From positions 105,214,001 through 105,278,000 of the forward strand of contig OX597821.1 in NCBI GenBank assembly GCA_951406725.2: a stretch of DNA of 64,000 bases, in the 5' to 3' direction. Position 1 is the first letter of the stretch, and every line of letters begins with the position of its first letter. Below the pieces are notes generated by a model. It saw only the letters and a list, made by a program, of their open reading frames with translations. It was not told where the DNA came from and searched no databases. Made by a program: the position numbers and the translations under genes. Positions 53,657 through 64,000 of this stretch are shown piece by piece. This DNA comes from Octopus vulgaris (taxonomy: Eukaryota).

Positions 53657-54429
53657 CATGTATTACTATACCTATATCATAAAAACGATACCGCTTTTAA
53701 TGAAATGGTACAAACCCAAGAAACACACAAAACATTATATAGAAGCAGCGACAGATGAAATATTACTGGGTTTATGCACTGCTAAATACAAAATGAAAAA
53801 AACAGCTCAGTCGTTATTGGAAAACCAGAGAAACTATAACCACATAGATAACGAATGATGGGAGGGCATTACTTGTTTAGTAGAATGTTTTTTGTATAAT
53901 ATATCAGAATTGAAGAAAAGACTGTCATTGCAGTATCATTGATGAAACGATATATTCTACGCAAAGATTAAAGTTAGATATGATGAAATCTAATAGCACT
54001 CTTCATATAGGAAAAAAAAAACACTTCCTAATCTCTAAAACGATTTTCTGTATATGAAAAAAAGTAGCATCCAGATACATTCCACAACCTTTACAACATA
54101 TTGTTATAAATTAAGAAATCGCATTCAAGATGTCTTAAATTACTATGATAGCAGCCATATTCCTTTCTGTCTATGAAATTTATTGTATTTAACCTGCGTG
54201 TTGACAATAGATAATGTGAACGTAAATGAAATTTACTATTGCGGAAGAATTTGATTATTACAGCATCGATGCTTGTCATTGAAGAAAATTTCGGTCAATA
54301 TGACCCAGGGTGCACAGAGGTACAAATGTATACGATATGCTCAATATGTATTGATAAGAAGAAGAATGACACCTTTGGAGATCAGAAACGCCGATATTAC
54401 TGACATGCTCAAAATTAGATAGCCACATG

Positions 54430-54817
54430 TATTATATAAAATCCCTTCTGTCTGTATGTGTGTGTGTCTTCTAGGATCTCGGGTATCCTCTATCCGATTG
54501 CGCTCAAATTTGATATGTAGCTACCGACGGTATCAGGACGTGTATAAGTCTTGGAAAAATTACAAAAATCGATTCCAGGTGAGAATGCGATCGATAAAGC
54601 CGTGGGAACGTGCATTTGTACGCGCAAGTACATCAGCTGTTGCGATCGATACTACACGTACGCGAGAAGAATGCACTTGCAGTTTGCGCAAAAAAAGCCG
54701 GCTGGCTTGAAATAATGCCACACAATGGGGCGGTCGGACAAGAGGTTTTGAGAAAATTTGGTTTAAATGTTTGACAACTCAGCACCGTCAATTCGACGAG
54801 GGGCGTTTTGCTCGTAG
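54430..54817 (+). mobile_element. Non-autonomous Helitron-like element, copy 2
   Basis: 54432-54601 matches the reverse complement of 51771-51931, and 54725-54807 matches the reverse complement of 51398-51480. Ends with hairpin CGTC-AATTC-GACG then GCTCG|T (CTRR-like). Confidence 0.65.
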
Positions 54818-54829
54818 TATATTTTAATC

Positions 54830-55032
54830 CTTTCCAGAAAAGGCACAGTGTCTGAGATTTTTCGGGAGTGGACCAGTCGATTATATCGACATCAGTGTTT
54901 CACTGGTACTTAACTCATCGACCTCGAAAAGATGAATTCGACCTCGGCAAAATTTGAGCTAAGAACGTAGTCAAACGAAATGTCGCTATGCATTCTGCCC
55001 GGTTTTTAAACGATTCTGCCAGCTTGCTACCT
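54830..55032 (-). mobile_element. SINE A
   Basis: GTCGATTATATCGAC...CTGGTACTTAA...CGACCTCGGC...CGATTCTGCCAGCTT. Confidence 0.78.
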
Positions 55033-56862
55033 TCAGCATAATATATAATAATGCTCAAATTGAACTAAGATGACGCTAATGATGACAATTAAATCATTCA
55101 GACCACTGAATGATCTTATTATTACACAACATATTCAAATTACAGTACATGTATATTTTGACAAAACTTCTAGAAACGCTTTGGTAAAACTATTCACATT
55201 AATACATTTAGAAAGTCTCTCTCTCTCACACACACACGTATGTAATGTATGTATGTATGTATGTATGTATGTATAACAATTGTTAAGTTAATACATTTCT
55301 GGCGCAATATTATTTACTTTTTCCCTGGTGATGGGGACATTCCTTGGAAGTGAATTGCAAAGTTCTCATGTACTCTTAGAATGAACTGTCGGTGGGATAC
55401 TTCATTTCGGTATTCCGAGCGTGAAAATATATACGCGGAACATATGTCAGGAAAAAACAACAGAAAGAGCATTAAACATATTTTGTTTTGTTACCATTGA
55501 TTCCTGAATATCGTTGCATACTCTTTTCCTCCATATACATTGGGAATAGCATAATTCATTGTGCTTTATAATCTGAAACACAATTGCAAAACATACCTTA
55601 AATCACTGACCATATACGCGCACGCACATACACGAACACACTCATAAACGAGTACACACACACGTGTACACACGCACACAAATAAGTATTGTTATGTTAT
55701 CATCTTCAACCAGAGATATTGCCTCAGTATGGCGCACAGTGCATACGTAGTTCTTCCATTATCATAAATTTCTTTTGGCGATTATGCACCGTAACTCTTT
55801 CAACACGATTTACACACCTTATATCTTTGATGGGTAAACTATGGCTTTAATAACTTTCTTTAAGTACCTCTCCAAACGTTAACACGTTTGGCACATTCCC
55901 GATCTGTTCATATTATATTCATGGATCAATTCATTTCTATTCCTATCATTACATTTCTCATATTTTGACATATTGCTTTCTCTGAGTTACTTTCTTCTCG
56001 TAAAGACAGAGAATTTATAAATCGATCATTCCTTTTCTCCCCATATTCATCTTCAATTTTATTCTATAGCAATCAATAATTCAATAGATTTTTTTTATTC
56101 ACTTTGCATTGCAACGCATTATTTGCAACTATCTGCAACGCATTAATTTTGCATATTTCTTCATTGTCACATTCTCTTACTTTACTGATATGCAAAATAA
56201 AGAAAATTAAAAGAAAATTGCTGACGTATGAAGCATACTTATTCAAGCTAATCCAGATGTGCACGCACTCCAAATCAAAAAATACATTTCTGATCAATAA
56301 AAATCAAGTAACATTCTATTTTCTTTAAGTAACCAAAAAAGCTATAACACATACAGGAAATAAAATCATATCTTACATATCGATATGCCCATCTGTTCAA
56401 CGTCAAATGACCGTGTTTCAAAATGGCGTATATATGAGTTACACTGTAGCACTTAGTAATATTATGAGCAAATGTGTTATAACACATTATTCAAAGTTGA
56501 CAGACAAATATGAGGTATTTTAGACTACAATTTACAGATAGACGAAAACGAAATAGAATATACATCAACATAAAATCATTTAATCGACTGCCTTCGACAT
56601 TAAATCATTTGCTTTGTCTTTTCATTTTTATTGGAAAAGGTTTTTATCTATCAATTCATATTTACTGTCAAATTTCTGAGCCATATTGTTCATACAATAT
56701 TCGCTAACACATGCCATGCAATAATAGACATTTAAAATCGCAGAAATTTACTGGCCACATGTTATATTTCACAATGATTTATTAACCAGAACTGTTTTGA
56801 ATGAACAATCAATAATAGTTCGCGGCAAAAAAATGTTGCGTGATTTCCTCAATTTCCTTATA

Positions 56863-57302
56863 CAGGTCGTCGTCGACTTACGGCCTATACGACTTACGAC
56901 CGATCGACGTTACGACGATTGGCGCGCCAGCTCCCGGCAGCAATATTAAGTAGGCCAGTTGAAATCTTGTGGGTTTAATTTCGCAGAAATTAACCCGTCT
57001 ACGGTTGATATCAGCTAACAAGCGCTTCAATAAGTTTAGTTATAGATCGCCAATGTGGTTATCCCGAGTTTTAGATGAATATCCTGTCACGGAGACATCG
57101 ATGAATCTCGTATTTGTTTATAAGACGACTGCTTAGGATTCCGGAATTTTTGACTAAGACTATCATAATGGTGCAATGCAAAATGTTGTGTGTAACCTTT
57201 GCCTGATAATTTACCTTCAGGATGTGAAAATATGAAACAAAGATATGTAGGCCTATAGGTCGACTTATGACCAAATTGTGTTCTTAAGTCGACAATGAAC
57301 TG
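56863..57302. mobile_element. Tigger/pogo-like MITE
   Basis: TA at 56861-56862 and 57303-57304. 20-bp TIRs CAGGTCGTCGTCGACTTACG and CAGTTCATTGTCGACTTAAG match at 16 of 20; subterminal CGACTTAyGACC repeats. Confidence 0.8.
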
Positions 57303-57573
57303 TATCTCTTGAATTCATATGCCGCACTTTCTCTATTTATTCGCACACCCGCACACACACAGAGACAGTGTTATGTATAAGCATATATACATATCTGTGT
57401 GTGTGTAATGTATTTCAACTGGTGAATGGATATGCAAGGCATATCCGTAACCATATATGCAAACTCGGAAATGCTGCATATACAACAATATGAGTTAAAC
57501 CGCATAAACATCTATACTTGTCTCATTACCAGTCTCTCTTCCAACTGTATTTCTCTATGTGTTCCTCTTACAC

Positions 57574-57623
<50 letters not shown>

Positions 57624-57842
57624 TAAAGAGGGAAACAGAGAGGGGAAAGAGAGAATGAAGGAGAGAAATTTGAGAGGAAAAGAGAGAGTTAAAACCATAG
57701 ATTGGTAGACCTACAATAACATTATGATTCCGATTTCACACGAAAGGTTACTCAAGAATATGAGTAAATGTATGTGGCATGACAACATTCTTTAACATAT
57801 CCACCGAAAATACTAAAAAAAAGTGCTGATATATAATATATG

Positions 57843-58053
57843 CTATAATCCCTCGAATATCGCAGGTGTTACGTTCCAAAACCCAATCCCCGCGAAAATC
57901 AGCAGAAACAGTACTGCATATTTTTTTTTTTTATTTTTCTAATTTCAAAATATTTATTTTTATTATAAACGCAAAACAACACCACAATGGGGTCGGCGTA
58001 GGCTTAAATAATAAGGTGCGATAGGTGAACCGCGATATGGCGAGGGATTACTC
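57843..58053. mobile_element. Second Tigger-like MITE
   Basis: TAATCCCTCGAATATCGC at the left end versus GCGATATGGCGAGGGATTA at the right end. Confidence 0.7.
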
Positions 58054-58486
58054 TTTTTTTTAGTTTCAGCTCAGAGCTGCGGCCATGCTGATGCACCGAC
58101 GTATAGTCCCTTTCAAGTTCTATTGTATAGTACATTTGAAGGTCTTACTAATATACACATTGTCGATGCAAGTAAGCAGTTATGTGGAAAACAAGTGGTA
58201 ATATTAAAGTAAACGTTAAGGGTCTAAACATTTGTCATATTAACATTTTTGAAGAAAATCCTTTACACACAGCGGAGAATTTTTGAGCGTGGTTTGGATA
58301 ATTTATAAATGGAAGTTTAGGTGGTTTGTAAACAGACGAACGATGACGCCCTTGCTTGTCTATGAATTTAATTGACACCATAAAATTCCAGGAACAGATC
58401 GAAATAGTGATTTTGATTGCGCGATGCTGGTTAATGAAATGAATATAGGGTTACTGCCTTTATTGAAGCCTCTATTCTATGGTCAT

Positions 58487-59784
58487 TAGCTTGATGCCGT
58501 CTGTTTCTTTGCCTACGCAGTTTGAATCCCAGTTCTGCTTCCTTGTCCTTGAACGTTCTACAAATTACATAGTCCAGAACGATGGCGAAGAGATAATATC
58601 CTAGCGTCTCGCCTTATAATACTCCGGCTTTGACTTCAAAATATTCCGTCTCTCCATCAGGTGTGATCACTTTTGCTCTGGTGTTCTCATACAGCTTACT
58701 TATTGCTCTCAGAATTCTTGGTGGAATATCATATGCTTTAAGTATCTTCATCATCATTCATCTATGTACTGAATCAAAGCCTTTTTAAAGACTACATAGA
58801 TGATGATATCCTTCCTGTTATGGTTGTAAACTCCCGCTATTAATCTTGTAAGTGCGACAGTATAAGGTGTTCTTCACCCTTCTGATCTGAATTCAATTTT
58901 CTTTGGTCGCAATTGTCGGTCTATCTTACGTTGTAATCGGTTAAGTATCACCCTGTAGACCATTTTTGCAACAATGGGCGGCAGACGGATCACTCTGTAA
59001 TTCCCCGTATCACTTAGATCGCCAGTTTTGGGCATTAGTAGCAAGTTTATCTCGGGCCATTTTTCTGGCTTCATTTTGTCATTACTGACAGAAAGCACAG
59101 GAGGTGCTGAAAAGATTACAGCAGGAATCGGGGAAGTTAGCATTGTAATGTAACGCAAAGAACACAGAGCTGCAAGTAGTCAAGCATGAAATGACTGTGC
59201 CAGTGGAAGTGAGAGATGGTAAGTCGCATAGGATAGTTAGAAACTTCAAATATCTTGATGCATGGGCATAGAGTACTGAAAAAGAAATCGTAGTAAGGAT
59301 AACTCTTGACTGGAGCGCATGCCATAATTTGAGAAAGGTATTGATTTCAAAGTTAACAAGGAAATTAAAAGTGAGGTTGTTTCGGGAAACAGTGGATTCC
59401 ATTCGTCTATATGGATTTGAAACATGGACGACCACTAAAGCATTGAAGAAGCATTTGGACGGTTGTTATACGAGCATGCTTAGAATGACACTCATACAAC
59501 TAACGCCGACTTATACCATGGACTACCAAAAGTAACATTGAAGACACAGCATAGAAGGTTGCGGCAAACTGGACACTGCATCAGACACACCGATGAAATT
59601 GCTAACAGGCTAGTGCTCTTGAAACCAACGGAAGGTAGAACTAGGAGAGGAAGGCGGAAGACGACCTATATCGGCAACTTGCTTGCGGAGACTAGTATGG
59701 AAGGGGTACAGGGCCATTATGAATGGGGAAAACGTGTGTAAAAACAGTCTTGGGGTGTCTTGAGGGACGGCCTAGATAGATACA
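58487..59784. mobile_element. RTE-clade LINE insertion with inverted 5' segment (58487-59080 minus, 59080-59784 plus)
   Basis: Minus part: PKTGDLSDTGNYRVI, KAFDSVHR, AGVL*GETL..YLF. Plus part: NFKYL, LYGFETW, LDGCYTSMLR, GHCIRH. Degenerate TSD TATTCTATGGTCAT / TATTCTTTGGTTCAT. Confidence 0.88.
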
Positions 59785-62700
59785 TATTCTTTGGTTCATA
59801 TATGAGCATAGGGGACGATATACAAAATCAAATGTAGCAGAAATGACCTCAGAAGGTAACACTATCAACACAAGGCAAGATATCACATTCACATACACAG
59901 GGCCATGAAATCAATATTGCCCAGCTATATATGATAAAATCAACCCAAGTAATAGGTATTCAATACGCCGTATCAATTGTAAGTCAACATTATATATTTC
60001 CAAAAGACAATATTAACAAATGTTGCTTAAGTACTTTGATAAACAGTTTTCATTCGCAAACTCGTTTGTTTATGCAACATATAGCATTTGATGGCATTGC
60101 AAAATGCTCCTAGTATATAAGAGATCTTGCGATCGAGGTTTTAAAAGGTTTTGAGAGAATGTCCTATTATGTGTTTATGTGTATGTGTGTCATTGTGTTT
60201 GTGTGTTTGTGTGAGTGTGTGTCATTGTGTGTGTATGTGCGTGGCTGGGAGGTGACCGAAGTGCGTTTATATCTGAGGAAAAATGTGTATCTAGCATTGA
60301 AAAATTTCTGCACCTCCGTAAAGTAAAAACTTATTCTTTAAGAATACAAACATGTAATATACGCTACTTCCCAATAGCATATACTGTTGCTATCGTTAAC
60401 TCGTTCGACGATTGACTGAGTCGTCGGAAATGTGTAAACAATGAGACTATTTTTCACAAGATATTATATAAAATAACTGTATTATAGATAACCAGTTCGC
60501 CGGGATATACAATAGAAATAATGCTTTTATTTTCATTGTATATATATTGGAAGAGATAAAAGTCTATAATCCATATATACTTGTGCACTGAAAGTATATA
60601 AAGCAACACTTCTAAAGAAATAATACAATGGTCGAATGAACCCAAAATTAACCTCTGCTCGATATAAATTCAATTGCATAAAGAAAGTAACACTAATTAG
60701 TCTGCCAAATGAAGTGTGTGAACTAAACTAAAATATATACTGATACAGCAACATATAATATGTGTGCCTATAGATTAGCTTTGACTCAGCTAATTTAATA
60801 TTCATAAATTAGTATTATACATTATAACCATTAATCTATAACTAAATAGAGAGACGCAAGCAGTGAATCATGCAGACGCACAGACACAATTGACGCAAAG
60901 ATACGCACCCACTCATTCGTACATAGATTCATGCATCCACGTTACATACATGCATCTGTATAAATATGTATCATATAGACATACACGATTTTAATTATGA
61001 TCAGATACATACTTTTCGTTGCTAGTAATTTACTTTCACGGAAAAGCACTGTTTACATCCAAACCGGAAACCAGGCAATACAATAAGGGCTAACTTTAAG
61101 TTTTGGTATTTTTGCAAGGTACATGTGTTAAACAAAATCCACCTTATAGATTACCCGAGTGCCTTAAAATAAATGAATGAGTACAATGTTAATTGATTCA
61201 AGAAATTATGGCACATGTTTGTGGATGATATGGCTTCTTTATCTTAATAACCATATAAATTGATAACGGAAATTATTTGCTTTCAAAATAAGACATCAAT
61301 GACAATTACGCTCTGGGTTACTATTTACCGAAATTCATAAACGGAGCCAAATATCGGCTCCGTACAACTGGACAAAGAAACTCATTAATGGAACAGTATC
61401 AATAATAAATGACAATGATAAAACATGATAGAAACAAGAACTTTTGTAACCTCCGTCTCCACCTTTAATGATCACCCTAGTGAAATATAAATACAAAACA
61501 TAATATACAAAATTTAAATGATAAAACATCACAGTGGCGCTGGGAACCATCTGTATAGATCTCAAACCCTCCTTTCACTATGCACATCATTTGCGTCGGG
61601 ATAGTTGTAGTAGCAGTTGTATGTCTCAAAGAAAGGAAAATTTGTGTCAAACACACTTTCTTAGATTTGCATAGGCCGTTTTACGGGGAACACATTCAAA
61701 ATGTAACACCCGAAGATAACCGCAAAACGTATGGTTCTCAGCCCATTTTTAATTCCTGTTTTACTCGGATGTAGCGTCCTAACCATTGGGTGTTTTACAA
61801 AATCGTATTATAATTTTATAATTAAATATCATTAGGAATTGTTTAAAAAATGTTAAAATATTTTATGTGCTGTACAGGTATATCAAACTATTGCTGATCA
61901 ACGTTAACAACAGAATTTAGTATGGATGCTCAAGTATAATACGGGCCTCAGTTGAGGATCACTACCTTATCCACAGAAGTCCAGCTGATATTTGAGATGT
62001 ATATTTCGTCACGGTGTCGAATTTCAAATCTTTGTTGATTCGTTACCTTATGTAAATTTATTTTTAAACAAGGTTAAAACCACAGAAGGATACCGCATTA
62101 TCTCTGCTCAAACACTCAATATTACTACTGGCATCTAAAAGTATGTAGGGCTGCTTTGTGGCAGTAATTTCAGATAAAATCAATTAATGAGATTTAAGCA
62201 TAGGCATATTGACTGCTTTTTTACGGTGCAACCCTGGATTTCCATATGCAAATTCTCAGAACATTCGATGTTACCTTGTAAAATATATCTCTAATGAATT
62301 ACTCTCATGTTGGCGTAAGTAAAATATGTCTGATATACAACAAGAACTATGTGGAAGAGCTGAGAGAAGGCCTATTTCTGTTATCGACAATACGTAAACC
62401 TTGGCATACACACAGATACAGCAAGCACATACTCCTATTTGTATATATGTCTATATGTATGTGTTTGTGCGTAAATGTCTATCGGCATATGCATGAAGTA
62501 TACATACATCCAAACGTCTATTCATACATCATTCGGCGAGTTATATGGGAAGATTATATGAGTCGCTTCTAAAATATGTATTGTTCGAAAACGAAGTGAA
62601 AACTACCGAGAAAATTGCAGTGAAACATATAATAGTTTTCATACAAACAACATCAATGCAGAAGCCAATCAAATTGATGAGAATTAGCTGATCATCAATA

Positions 62701-63599
62701 TGGCGGATAACTTGAACAAAACACTCAGAAGCCGATTTAGTTCATTTGTTCCATAACTTCGTAAAGCTGAATAAATCTATACACGCACTATATTTTGATT
62801 ATTTACGACAAATCCCATGCAGTAATGAATGTGAATTACTTTCAGATTGTGGCAGTAGACACGATTTATTCTACATAAAACCTCTGATTATTCAGGTAAC
62901 CTATGTAAAATCCTTTCAAACCATTGTCCGTGCCATACGCCTACAAAAATAACTAAATATTATCGTTGTGTTTCTTTGACATCAAAGCAAGGTGAGAATT
63001 TTATATTGATGTTACTAAGCTGCAATAATAGTTTTCTGAATTGTTCACCTCTACAATGAAAGAGCAACATATATTGAAGTAATTGCCTTGTATATCATTT
63101 TATTGTGCGTTCTCGAAGCTGCGCAAATTAGCAGTTTCTCACCTATAGACATTGAAAGCGAAGTATTGTAGAATAACTGTCAGAACATAAGGCATATGAT
63201 GCATATTATTTTATCTCAGATCAGTTATGCATAACATTTTGATAATAAAATAATATAAGCAATCGAAACAGAAGTACATCTTGGAAATATTAAATGCTCA
63301 CATAATATTATATGGCCGAGGCAAAACACCATTACGATAAATACTACACTGTCTCCTTTGTAATATCTGGGCATAAAAAAATCTTTAAGATCCATTAAGG
63401 AACACCACTTAGATATTAGATTTAAATAATGCGATGAAATTCCTAAGTACTGATCTAAAATTTTTAAATAGGATATTTCCCTACAAATGTTATTGGTAAC
63501 CAAAACAGAAACAAAAGGCCTGAGCTTTCATCGAATAAGAGAGTTTATCATAATGATGTTATTAGGACGTGCTGCATAATGGGGGGAGGGGCGTCATCC

Positions 63600-63920
63600 T
63601 GAGATGCGATTGTGAAAATGAGAACATCAATTCAACTTACGATCCGAGATATCAAGAATGAAGTTGTTGAAATTTGTTATGCATTACACATGCGAGGGAA
63701 AATTATCGAACTACTTAACCGTAAGTTATCAAAGGATGTGCAGATTAGTTACATTTTAATCCGGTCCATAATCACTGAAGATTTGGGTATGGGATGCGTG
63801 TCTGCCAAGTTTGTGCTAAAACTGCTTTCAGCAGATCAAAGAGTTACTAACGTTTCAGTTGTACAAGTTCTCCTTCATTGTGTCGAGAACAATGAAAACT
63901 TTGAAAAAATTGTGTAAGCC
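63600..63920 (+). mobile_element. mariner transposase remnant (HTH-linker region)
   Basis: SIITEDLGMGCVSAKFVLKLLSADQR...ENNENFEKIV resembles LGMRRVSAKFVPKLLTxxQK...FLxxIxTGDE; truncated before the first catalytic D. Confidence 0.8.
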
Positions 63921-64000
63921 TCCGAGCTGGTATCATCAAGCTTTTGAAAAGATTTCGTGTGGATTCTCTGCTCAACTTTCTCTGTCGTGCACAGAGTGAC

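Noticed and set aside
60260-60315. CTGAGGA...GAAA-AATT-TC hammerhead-like spacing
   Set aside because: Stem I cannot form next to the core and stem II is only 4 bp and offset; plausible by chance.

Overview
AT-rich eukaryotic DNA that is intergenic or deep intronic. It is probably from a coleoid cephalopod (octopus-like); this is an inference from the SINE set and the very dense (TA)n/(CA)n/(TAA)n microsatellites. I could not identify a host protein-coding gene, tRNA, rRNA or CRISPR array, and most ORF-track entries are microsatellite artefacts. The window is layered mobile DNA. LINEs: a young 5'-truncated CR1-type copy with an intact RT frame inserted inside a SINE, decayed Dong/R4 (RLE), RTE and L1/Tx1 copies, and several Penelope-like remnants. 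DNA elements: Tc1/mariner remnants, Tigger-like MITEs and Helitron-type elements. SINEs: about 25 copies from four modular families. The most notable signal is a set of about seven sequence-unrelated type I (mostly minimal) hammerhead-ribozyme motifs in short elements, most of them next to (TA)n tracts. One (25424-25515) has an intact core and sits inside a perfect 25-bp inverted repeat. Also notable: an RTE insertion with twin-priming-type inversion geometry and a recognisable TSD, a 97-bp locally templated insertion in a LINE, and a few weak splice-signal candidates. All motifs were read by eye; no database search or folding program was run.
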